Source: Bacilli bacterium | GTDB lineage: Bacteria; Bacillota_I; Bacilli_A; RFN20; CAG-826 | NCBI GenBank assembly: GCA_016296285.1 | Contig: JAEDJP010000001.1 | Span: forward strand, 1-52,332 | Reading direction: 5' to 3' | DNA: 52,332 nucleotides | Program-made: the position numbers and the translations under genes | In this document: positions 1 to 7,553 of the stretch, in pieces | How positions within the stretch are numbered: the first letter of the stretch is position 1 | Layout: each line of letters opens with the position of its first letter | Notes under the pieces: model-generated | The model's input: the letters and a program-made list of their open reading frames with translations, nothing else | The model's database searches: none | What the model was told of the DNA's origin: nothing

Positions 1-17
1 CGCCAAGACAGGATAAC

Positions 18-476
18 TTGAAATGGGACGAATACTTCATGGGCCTCGCCAAATTGAGCGCCCTCCGTTCCAAAGATCCCTCGACGCAAGTCGGCGCATG
101 CATCGTCGACCCTGATCACAAAGTCGTTTCCATCGGCTATAACGGCATGCCCCGCGGCGTCGATGACGAGGCCATCCCCTGGGGACATGGCGAAGGTCTC
201 GATTCGAAATACCTTTACGTTTGCCACGCGGAATTCAACGCGATTCTCAATAACCGCGATGGTTCCGCCCTCCAAGGCTGCACCATCTACGTCACCTTGT
301 TCCCTTGCAACGAATGCGCGAAAGCGATCGTCCAAGTCGGCATTAAGGAAGTGATTTTCGCGGACGACAAATACCACGATTCCGTGGAGAGCACGGCCTC
401 AAGGCGCATCCTTGAGCTCGCCGGAGTCTGTTATCGCCGCTACAAAGGCCGCGATGTGGAGATTTCTGTGAAGTGA
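18..476 (+). CDS. comEB: dCMP (deoxycytidylate) deaminase, ComEB-type
   Basis: 152-aa ORF with the deaminase zinc motifs C-H-A-E (YVCHAEFNAI) and P-C-x-x-C (LFPCNECAKAI). The start at 18 is TTG. The frame stays open to the left window edge, so the true start may lie upstream. Confidence 0.85.
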   Translation: MKWDEYFMGLAKLSALRSKDPSTQVGACIVDPDHKVVSIGYNGMPRGVDDEAIPWGHGEGLDSKYLYVCHAEFNAILNNRDGSALQGCTIYVTLFPCNECAKAIVQVGIKEVIFADDKYHDSVESTASRRILELAGVCYRRYKGRDVEISVK

Positions 477-748
477 GATACTCCCCGTTCTATCGCATCA
501 TCGTCGTTGTCTTTTGCTTTGCGATTCTCGGGATTTTCGTCGTCCTTCCCTTTTTGAACGACCCATCCCCTAATTGGGTCGCCCTTTTCGTCTTGCTTGG
601 CATTTGGCTTGCCGCCCTCATTGGGACGATCATCGCGATGGAAATCGCATGGCATAAACGTTACAAAAAAGAAGACCAAGCCAAAGCCCTTGAAACGGTC
701 GAGAATTCCGCCGAGGAGACCGACGCCACGGAGGACGCCCATGAGTGA
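473..748 (+). CDS. small membrane protein, two predicted TM helices and an acidic C-terminal tail (function unknown)
   Basis: 91-aa ORF. Its GTG start overlaps the comEB stop (GTGA) and its stop overlaps the ecfA1 start (ATGAGTGA). It has two hydrophobic stretches (IIVVVFCFAILGIFVVLPFL and WVALFVLLGIWLAALIGTIIAM). I recognise no homology. Confidence 0.5.
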   Translation: MRYSPFYRIIVVVFCFAILGIFVVLPFLNDPSPNWVALFVLLGIWLAALIGTIIAMEIAWHKRYKKEDQAKALETVENSAEETDATEDAHE

Positions 749-1565
749 TCCCATCCTCTCGGTCGAGCACCTTTCTTTTGCTTATGAGCAAGGCAAAGAC
801 GTCCTGAAAGATCTTTCGTTCGCCGTCGAGAAAGGCAGCTATGTCTGCGTCATCGGCCATAACGGCTCCGGGAAATCGACCCTTGCCAAGTGCATCATGG
901 GTTTGAACGGGGCATTCGAAGGGAAAATCCTGTTGTTTGGAGAACCCCTTTCCAGAAAGAACGTCTACGCCCTCCGCTCTCGCATCGGCATCGTCTTCCA
1001 GAACCCGGATAACCAATTCGTGGGCTCCACGGTTTCTGACGATATCGCCTTCGGCTTGGAAAACCGCCAAGTCCCAACCGCGGACATGCCGCGCATCATC
1101 GAGGAATTCGCTCACGAAGTCGGGATGGAGAACTTCCTCGACCACGAACCCCAGATGCTAAGCGGCGGCCAGAAGCAGCGCGTCGCCATCTCCGGCGTTC
1201 TCGCGATGCATCCGGACCTCATTCTTTTCGATGAAGCCACCGCGATGCTCGATCCCAAAGGCAAGCGTGAGATTTCCGCCCTCGTGGACAAGATGCGGCT
1301 CGAGAACCCCTCCCTGACCCTCCTTTCGATCACCCATGATGTCGAGGAAGCCGCGAAGGCCAATCAGGTCATCGTCATCGACAAGGGCAGCATCGTTTTC
1401 GCCGGCACTCCCGCGGAAGTGTTCGCGCACGAAAAAGAACTGGAAGCCATCCACTTAAGCGTTCCCTTTGGGTATGCCCTCGCATCGAGACTTCGCGAAA
1501 AAGGCATCGACGTCCCCCATGAATTGCATGATATAGACGCCTTGGAGGATTTCCTATGCCGATAA
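741..1565 (+). CDS. ecfA1: ECF transporter ATPase subunit EcfA1
   Basis: Walker A GHNGSGKST, signature LSGGQKQR, Walker B LILFDEAT. The ATG at 741 gives the N-terminus MSDPILSVEHLSF. The longer track ORF from 597 is an Arg/Pro-rich read-through of the upstream gene. Gene order is ecfA1-ecfA2-ecfT-truA. Confidence 0.9.
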   Translation: MSDPILSVEHLSFAYEQGKDVLKDLSFAVEKGSYVCVIGHNGSGKSTLAKCIMGLNGAFEGKILLFGEPLSRKNVYALRSRIGIVFQNPDNQFVGSTVSDDIAFGLENRQVPTADMPRIIEEFAHEVGMENFLDHEPQMLSGGQKQRVAISGVLAMHPDLILFDEATAMLDPKGKREISALVDKMRLENPSLTLLSITHDVEEAAKANQVIVIDKGSIVFAGTPAEVFAHEKELEAIHLSVPFGYALASRLREKGIDVPHELHDIDALEDFLCR

Positions 1566-2413
1566 TCTTCCGCGATGTCTGCTTCTCCTATGCCGAGAAG
1601 AATCCGATGGATCATCTCGCTTTGTCCCACCTTTCCTTTTCGATTGAGACGGGCAGTTTCACCGCCCTTGTCGGGAGGACGGGCTGCGGCAAATCCACCC
1701 TCGTCCAGCAAATCAACGCTTTGTTCCACCCCCTTTCCGGCGAGGTGGAGGTCGACGGCTATCTCAATTCGAGCGACAAGAAAAAGAGAACGAAGAAGAA
1801 CAAGGAACTTCGCAAGAAAGTCGGCCTTGTCTTCCAGTTCCCGGAATACCAGCTTTTCGAAGAATCCGTCTTGAAGGATGTCGTTTTCGGCCCCAAGAAT
1901 TTCGGGGCGAGCAAAGAAGAAGCTTTGGCCGCCGCCAAAGAGGCCCTTGCCCTCGTCGGGCTTGATGAATCGTTCTATGAGCGCTCCCCTTTTGAACTCT
2001 CCGGCGGGGAAAAGCGGCGCGTCGCGATCGCGGGCATCCTCGCTTGCCATCCCGAATATTTAATCGTGGATGAACCGACCGCGGGCCTTGACCCCAAAGG
2101 CGCCCAAGAGATGATGGATCTCTTCGAGGATATCCACCGGAAGGGCACGACGATCATCTTGGTCACTCACGACATGAATCTCGTCTTGCGTTACTGCGAC
2201 CGCGTCCTCGTCCTTGAAAACGGCAAACTCGTCGCGGACGATAGGCCAAGCGCCTTCTTCCAGCAAGACATGGACCGTTATTCGCTTGAGACACCTGCCC
2301 TTTATCGCTTCATGCAAGGCCTGAATGCCAAAGGCCTGAAACTGGATCAAGACGGCATTAGCGACGTGGATTCCCTCGCGGAAGCCATCGTGAAAGCGAG
2401 GAAACCGCGATGA
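1556..2413 (+). CDS. ecfA2: ECF transporter ATPase subunit EcfA2
   Basis: Walker A GRTGCGKST, signature LSGGEKRR, Walker B YLIVDEPT. GGAGGA lies 6 nt upstream of the ATG. The gene overlaps the end of ecfA1. Confidence 0.9.
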   Translation: MPIIFRDVCFSYAEKNPMDHLALSHLSFSIETGSFTALVGRTGCGKSTLVQQINALFHPLSGEVEVDGYLNSSDKKKRTKKNKELRKKVGLVFQFPEYQLFEESVLKDVVFGPKNFGASKEEALAAAKEALALVGLDESFYERSPFELSGGEKRRVAIAGILACHPEYLIVDEPTAGLDPKGAQEMMDLFEDIHRKGTTIILVTHDMNLVLRYCDRVLVLENGKLVADDRPSAFFQQDMDRYSLETPALYRFMQGLNAKGLKLDQDGISDVDSLAEAIVKARKPR

Positions 2414-3270
2414 AAGCCTTCGCGCTTGGACGGTATGTCCCCGGCAATTCCTGGCTCCATCGCCTGGACCCCCGATTGAAGATCCTCTCCACCATCCTGC
2501 TCATGGTGTGCGTTTTCCTAAATTACAGTTCCTGGACCATGAGATACGCGATGATGGGGATCATGTTTTTGGTCATTTCGGTGCTTTTGTGGATGACCCG
2601 GATGAGTTTCCGAAGCGTCCTATCGAGCCTTCGCCATCTCTGGTTCATGGTCGTCTTCGTCCTCGTCATTTACATCTTCATGCCCAATAGCGTCCATGTC
2701 CTTCCCGTTGCTTGGGAACTCAATGGCTGGGTCGTCTATTGGGACGCCTTCGCGGAAGCCGGCCGCATCCTTCTGCGCCTCGTCATGATGGTCGAGCTCA
2801 CCTTGATCCTGACCGCCTCCACGAAGCCCCTCGATCTCACCTATGCCCTCGAATGGTATCTCACGCCTCTCAAGGTGTTCCATTTCCCTTCCGCGGAAGT
2901 CGCCATGACGATCTCGATCGCGCTTCGCTTCATCCCGACCCTTCTGGAAGATACCAACCGCGTCATGAAAGCCCAATCTTCCCGCGGCGTCGATTTCGAG
3001 CACGGCAGCCTTTGGAAACGCCTCATGGGCGTCACCTCCTTGGTCATCCCCCTCTTCGTCTCGAGCTTCATGCGTTCGGAAGAACTCGCCAACGCGATGG
3101 AATGCCGCGGCTACGATCCCCGCGCCAAAAGAACGCGCTACCACATCCTCAAATTCCATTGGCGCGACCTCCTTGGCTTCTTCCTCGTCGCCGCCTTGTT
3201 CGCTTTCTGCGTCACCACGGTCGCGATGGGCCTTGATTATTTCGCCCTCGCCGGCTTGGAGGTTCTATGA
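2410..3270 (+). CDS. ecfT: ECF transporter transmembrane (T) component EcfT
   Basis: 286-aa polytopic protein with two x-R-G coupling motifs (KAQSSRGVDF and AMECRGYD). ATGA overlaps with both neighbours. Confidence 0.85.
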   Translation: MKAFALGRYVPGNSWLHRLDPRLKILSTILLMVCVFLNYSSWTMRYAMMGIMFLVISVLLWMTRMSFRSVLSSLRHLWFMVVFVLVIYIFMPNSVHVLPVAWELNGWVVYWDAFAEAGRILLRLVMMVELTLILTASTKPLDLTYALEWYLTPLKVFHFPSAEVAMTISIALRFIPTLLEDTNRVMKAQSSRGVDFEHGSLWKRLMGVTSLVIPLFVSSFMRSEELANAMECRGYDPRAKRTRYHILKFHWRDLLGFFLVAALFAFCVTTVAMGLDYFALAGLEVL

Positions 3271-4022
3271 AATACCTCGGCGTCGTTTCCTATTGCGGGA
3301 ACGCCTATTCGGGATTCGAACGCCAAAAAGATAAAACCACGATTCAGGGGACTCTTGAAAAAGAGCTCTCGTTTTTGCTTGGGACTCCCACGGGAATCAA
3401 GGGAGCCGGCAGGACGGATGGCAAGGTGAACGCGGAAGGTCAAACCTTCTCTTTTGAAGCAAAACCAATCGAGAACGTGGGTCGATTTCTCGATGCGCTG
3501 AACCGCCTTCTTCCTCGCGACATCGAAATGCTTGGCCTCTACCCCGTCCCCGATTCTTTCGATGCGCGTCACTCCTGCTGCGGCAAGCGGTACCGCTATC
3601 GCTTTTCCTATGGCTCGAAGATGCCTTTCGAAACGGCCACGGTCGCCTATATCGGGAATCGGACCGATTTCGATGAGAACGCGTTCCTCGAGGCAATTCG
3701 TCTTTTCGAAGGTGAGCATCGTTTCCACAACTTCACGACCAAGAAGGAAGACAAGGACGATTTCGTTCGTTTCGTGCATATCGAATCCGCTTCCGTTGAT
3801 GCCGAAAGAAGACAAGGAGAAGTGACCTTCGTCGCGAACGGATTCATGACCTACATGGTCCGCTTCCTCGTCGGCGCGGCTTTCAAAGCAGCATTCCATA
3901 CCGTAACGATTCCCTTCCTTAAAGAAAGGCTTGATTCGCCGGAAAGGCGTATCATTTCATTCAAAGCCCCGCCTGAGGGACTCACATTGCTTGAGGTTCT
4001 TTATCATGAAAGTTACCGCTAA
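3267..4022 (+). CDS. truA: tRNA pseudouridine(38-40) synthase TruA
   Basis: TruA-like N-terminus (YCGNAYSGFERQ) and the catalytic-Asp motif GAGRTDGKV. It sits directly after ecfT, as in Bacillus-type operons. Confidence 0.85.
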   Translation: MKYLGVVSYCGNAYSGFERQKDKTTIQGTLEKELSFLLGTPTGIKGAGRTDGKVNAEGQTFSFEAKPIENVGRFLDALNRLLPRDIEMLGLYPVPDSFDARHSCCGKRYRYRFSYGSKMPFETATVAYIGNRTDFDENAFLEAIRLFEGEHRFHNFTTKKEDKDDFVRFVHIESASVDAERRQGEVTFVANGFMTYMVRFLVGAAFKAAFHTVTIPFLKERLDSPERRIISFKAPPEGLTLLEVLYHESYR

Positions 4023-4812
4023 TTATCACGGACACACATTTCGCTGCGGCCATGCTTTTGGCAAGGACGAGGAATACGTCCAAGCTGCCATCGAAATGGG
4101 ATTTGAGGTCATGGGGTTTGCCGACCACGTGATCCTTCCTCACTTCACGCAGCCGCACATGCGCGGGGATTACGACTTGCTCCCGGACTATCTTGCAAGC
4201 ATCGATCAGCTCAAGAAGAAATACGCGGGGCAAATCGAGATTTACAAAGGCTTTGAAGCCGAATGGCTTGGCCCCCTGTACGAGGATTATTACCGTGACC
4301 TCCTTCAAAGCGGCAAGATCGATTACTTGATTCTCGGCCAGCACGGGGAAATGCCGCGTCCGGATACCTTCGTATTTTTCCCGGGCTCCCAAACCCCGAA
4401 ACAAACGATTCTCCATTATGCAGACAAGATTGTCGAAGGGGCCAAGACGGGGCTATTCTCCTATATCGCCCACCCAGACGTCTTCGTGAACTGGTTCCAT
4501 TATTATGGAGAAGAAGGCGCGATTGCCGCCCGCAAGATCGCGGAAGTCGCTAAGGAAATGAACATCCCCCTTGAAGTGAATATTTCCTGCAGCAGGATGC
4601 AAGGGTTCGCTCTCGAAGCCGAGAACCTCCCCTTTTATCCGTTCCCGAGCTTTTGGGATATCGTCGCGGAAGTCGGGTGCGACGTCATCATCGGGGTCGA
4701 TGCCCATGCCCCGGACCACTACCGCTCTAAGTACTTCGATGAGTTCGTCGCTTTTTGCGAACGCCATCATCTCCACCGCCTTGACCGCCTGACCTTCCGC
4801 AAAGGGAAATAA
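4006..4812 (+). CDS. PHP-family phosphoesterase (HisJ/histidinol-phosphatase-like)
   Basis: N-terminal His cluster NYHGHTFRCGHA and a C-terminal DAHAP motif, both typical of PHP/HisJ proteins. The ATG at 4006 (MKVTANYHGH) overlaps the truA end. The track ORF start at 3931 is an upstream extension. Confidence 0.7.
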   Translation: MKVTANYHGHTFRCGHAFGKDEEYVQAAIEMGFEVMGFADHVILPHFTQPHMRGDYDLLPDYLASIDQLKKKYAGQIEIYKGFEAEWLGPLYEDYYRDLLQSGKIDYLILGQHGEMPRPDTFVFFPGSQTPKQTILHYADKIVEGAKTGLFSYIAHPDVFVNWFHYYGEEGAIAARKIAEVAKEMNIPLEVNISCSRMQGFALEAENLPFYPFPSFWDIVAEVGCDVIIGVDAHAPDHYRSKYFDEFVAFCERHHLHRLDRLTFRKGK

Positions 4813-4849
4813 GGTCTTTAAATTGGCTATTTTTCTCACTTTTAGTGAG

Positions 4850-4858
4850 TGGTATAGT
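4850..4858 (+). promoter_or_regulatory. candidate extended -10 promoter (TGgTATAGT) for yebC
   Basis: TGGTATAGT lies 27 nt upstream of the ATG at 4885, with AAGGAG at 4874-4879. A perfect 6-bp palindrome, CTCACT-ttt-AGTGAG (4835-4849), occupies the -35 region and may be an operator or a weak terminator. No good -35 hexamer is present. Confidence 0.35.
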
Positions 4859-4884
4859 TATTCCGCATAAAACAAGGAGTTTTT

Positions 4885-5589
4885 ATGGGAAGACACTTTG
4901 AAGTCCGTGCGGCGGCTATGGCGGCCTCCGCGAAAGCGAAGTCTGCGATTTACATGCGCGCTTCGAAAGAAATCTACGCGGCAGCGAAATCCGGCGAACC
5001 GGATCCCAACAGCAACCTCGCTCTCCGCAGCGCCATCGAAAAATACCGCAAATCCTGCCCGAAAGACGTCATTGAGCGCGCCATTGAGAAGGCGAAAGGG
5101 GGCGATGCCGTCGCTTACATCCCCGGCCGTTATGAATTCATGGGCCCGGCGGGAAGCTACCTCATCATCGACACCCTCACCGATAACGTGAACCGCGCCC
5201 TCGTGAGCGTCCGCACCATCGTCACCCGCAAGGGCGGCAAGATGGCTGCCGTCGCCTACAACTTCGAGCAGCTCGGCGTCTTGAACTTCAAGGGCGCGAG
5301 CCGCGACGCCGTCGAGGAAGCCCTCATCATGGGCGATGTCGACGTTCGCGAAGTCACCGATGAAAACGGGGATATCCAAGTCCTCGTCGCTCCGGGCGAT
5401 CTCGAGAAAGCCAAGGAATGCCTCAAGGATCTTGGCGTCGCCGATTACGATCGCGCGGAAACCACCATGTACCCGAACGAATGGATCGAGGCCGAGGGCG
5501 AAGACCTGAAGCGTCTCCAGGACATCATGGCCCAGCTCGACGAATGCGAAGACGTCCAAGCCGTCTATACCAACGTCGACAACATCTAA
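4885..5589 (+). CDS. yebC: YebC/PmpR-family DNA-binding transcriptional regulator
   Basis: 234-aa ORF with the characteristic N-terminus MGRHFEVRAAAMAASAKAKS...IYAAAKSGEPDPNSNLALRSAIEK. Confidence 0.9.
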   Translation: MGRHFEVRAAAMAASAKAKSAIYMRASKEIYAAAKSGEPDPNSNLALRSAIEKYRKSCPKDVIERAIEKAKGGDAVAYIPGRYEFMGPAGSYLIIDTLTDNVNRALVSVRTIVTRKGGKMAAVAYNFEQLGVLNFKGASRDAVEEALIMGDVDVREVTDENGDIQVLVAPGDLEKAKECLKDLGVADYDRAETTMYPNEWIEAEGEDLKRLQDIMAQLDECEDVQAVYTNVDNI

Positions 5590-5611
5590 TCGCATCACCA
5601 TCGCAATGCAG

Positions 5612-5645
5612 AACCGACCTCGACCTGAGGCCGGTTTTTTTCTTT
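5612..5645 (+). terminator. rho-independent terminator after yebC
   Basis: Stem AACCGACCTC (5612-5621) / GAGGCCGGTT (5627-5636) with one mismatch, a 5-nt loop, then a T-run (5637-5645). Confidence 0.75.
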
Positions 5646-5741
5646 TCATATACTTTTTTCCGAATTTTCTTCTCAGGTCAAAAAGAAGCGGTCATTTTGA
5701 CGAAAAAGCACCACTGGGTAGCGTATTTCATGCTCCGCGAT

Positions 5742-5756
5742 TCAAAAAAGTATATA
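5742..5756 (+). promoter_or_regulatory. 15-nt element TCAAAAAAGTATATA (copy 1), upstream of the orphan ATPase gene
   Basis: Exact 15-mer also present at 9833-9847. An inverted 12-nt core (AAAAAAGTATAT) lies at 5648-5659. Confidence 0.5.
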
Positions 5757-5778
5757 GATTTGTAAATTTTTGATTCCT

Positions 5779-5794
5779 AGTAAAGCGCTTACAT
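5779..5794. promoter_or_regulatory. cre/LacI-type operator-like imperfect palindrome
   Basis: AGTAAAGCGCTTACAT reads on the other strand as TGTAAGCGCTTTAC. This is close to the cre consensus TGTAAGCGCTTACA but has one extra base. It lies 38 nt upstream of the 5832 start. Confidence 0.35.
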
Positions 5795-5831
5795 TCCCTC
5801 TAAACTGGGGGTGAACGCTGGGAGAATCTTT

Positions 5832-7550
5832 ATGGAGACCAAGAATCGTCAAGACGCTTTGAGCCAAATCAAACACAAGAAAAAAGAAGACCGCATTCGC
5901 CAAAAGGCAATCGCGGAACAGCGCGAGCGCGTCTATAACGATATGGTCGCCTACGAGAAGAAACATCGCCGGGAACGCAAGATCGCCCCGAAGGATTCTT
6001 TCATCTCCTTGCAACACATCAACAAGATCTACGATAACCGCGTCCAGGCCGTCTTCGATTTCAACCTCGAGATCAAGCAGCACGAATTCATCGTCTTCGT
6101 CGGCCCTTCCGGCTGCGGCAAGTCGACCACCCTCCGCATGATCGCCGGCCTTGAAAACATCACCGCCGGCGACCTCTACATCGATCGCGTCTATGCTAAC
6201 GACCTCGAGCCAAAGAACCGCGACATCGCGATGGTCTTCCAGTCTTACGCCCTCTATCCCCATAAAAGTGTCGCGGGCAATATGTCCTTCGGCCTCAAGA
6301 TTCGGAAATTCCCGACCAAGGTTCTCGATAAAGAAGGCAAGCCCGTCCTCGCGATCAACAAAGGCTTGATCCGCGACTTGACCAAGGAACGCAAAAACCT
6401 GGCCCTCTTCCGGGAAGACTGCCTCGCGACGAACCCCGAACGGATCCCGCAAATCGACAAGGACCTCGCGGAACTCGACGAGAAGATCGCCTATCTTCAG
6501 GTCACTCCCGTCCAGAAATACGCGATGAAGCATCTCCCGAAAGAAGAGATCGCCTCCCGCGTTCTTTCCGCCGCCGAAATTCTTCAGATCACGGAATACC
6601 TCGACCGCAAGCCCAAAGCCCTCTCGGGTGGCCAATGCCAACGCGTCGCTCTTGGCCGCGCCATCGTCCGCAACGCGAAAGTCTTCCTCATGGACGAGCC
6701 GCTTTCGAACCTTGACGCCAAACTCCGCGTCCAGATGCGCTCGGAGATCATCAAACTCCACAATCGCCTCAACGCCACGACGATCTATGTCACCCATGAC
6801 CAGACGGAAGCCATGACGATGGCCACCCGCATCGTCGTCATGAACAAGGGCTACATTCAACAAATCGGCACCCCTGTCGAGATTTACAATCACCCCGCGA
6901 ACCTCTTTGTCGCGACCTTCATCGGCTCCCCGGCGATGAACCTTTTCCCCTCCACCTTCAAAAACGGGTCCGCCGTGTTCGAGGATGGTCTCGCCATGAA
7001 ACTCGAGGAAGGGTCCGAGGCCAAGGTGCAGGCATTCTATGAAAACGAGCTCGCCTCGTATCAAAAGGAAAAAGAGACGCTTCTTGCAGAGTTCAAGGAG
7101 CGGAACCTCCTCCTCGAGAAGCTGGAGCATCTCCGTTCGCTCCCCGCTTCCTCGAAGACGGATCACGAAATCAAGGAAACCGAATTCGAAATCGAGCAGG
7201 TCACCCGCTCCAACGAACGTCTTTCTTTCCTTGAGGACGCCATCGTCAAATACCAGGAATTCCTCGCGAAGAAAGAATTCGACATCGTCTTCGGCATCCG
7301 GCCGGAGGATATCTACGAAGAAGGAAAGGCCTATACGGATGGAATGTTGAGCGACCCGATCGCCGGCGTCGTGACCGTCCCCGAACTCCTTGGCCACGAA
7401 TATTTTGTCCACATCAATTTCGAGAACCGCGATTTGGTTGCAAAAATCGCGGCGAAACGTTTAATTAATGCGGAGGAAAACATCAACGTCGTGCTCGACC
7501 TCACGCGGGCCCATCTCTTCGATGCCGTCTCCTCCAAGATCATCGAATAA
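5832..7550 (+). CDS. MsmX/MalK/UgpC-type sugar ABC transporter ATPase, enlarged (N-terminal extension plus two insertions)
   Basis: Walker [11 protein letters not shown]-loop [10 protein letters not shown], signature LSGGQCQR, Walker [14 protein letters not shown]-loop YVTHDQ, then the MalK-type C-terminal domain ([10 protein letters not shown] ... FGIRPEDI). GGGAGA lies 6 nt before the ATG at 5832. An alternative GTG start is at 5811. Confidence 0.9.
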   Translation: METKNRQDALSQIKHKKKEDRIRQKAIAEQRERVYNDMVAYEKKHRRERKIAPKDSFISLQHINKIYDNRVQAVFDFNLEIKQHEFIVFVGPSGCGKSTTLRMIAGLENITAGDLYIDRVYANDLEPKNRDIAMVFQSYALYPHKSVAGNMSFGLKIRKFPTKVLDKEGKPVLAINKGLIRDLTKERKNLALFREDCLATNPERIPQIDKDLAELDEKIAYLQVTPVQKYAMKHLPKEEIASRVLSAAEILQITEYLDRKPKALSGGQCQRVALGRAIVRNAKVFLMDEPLSNLDAKLRVQMRSEIIKLHNRLNATTIYVTHDQTEAMTMATRIVVMNKGYIQQIGTPVEIYNHPANLFVATFIGSPAMNLFPSTFKNGSAVFEDGLAMKLEEGSEAKVQAFYENELASYQKEKETLLAEFKERNLLLEKLEHLRSLPASSKTDHEIKETEFEIEQVTRSNERLSFLEDAIVKYQEFLAKKEFDIVFGIRPEDIYEEGKAYTDGMLSDPIAGVVTVPELLGHEYFVHINFENRDLVAKIAAKRLINAEENINVVLDLTRAHLFDAVSSKIIE

Positions 7551-7553
7551 TTC

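Noticed and set aside
597-740. Upstream extensions of track ORFs: ecfA1 from 597, PHP from 3931, GH127-like from 21069, GH78 from 28739, rarA from 30419, ATPase from 34502 and GH43 from 43944.
   Set aside because: The extensions overlap upstream genes or structured intergenic elements and encode atypical Arg/Pro-rich or nonsense-like peptides. Internal ATG starts with Shine-Dalgarno sequences give N-termini that match the respective families.
4835-4849. The palindrome CTCACT-ttt-AGTGAG, considered as the terminator of the ecf-truA-PHP operon.
   Set aside because: The stem is only 6 bp with a 3-nt loop and no downstream T-run. It is kept only as a possible operator overlapping the yebC promoter.
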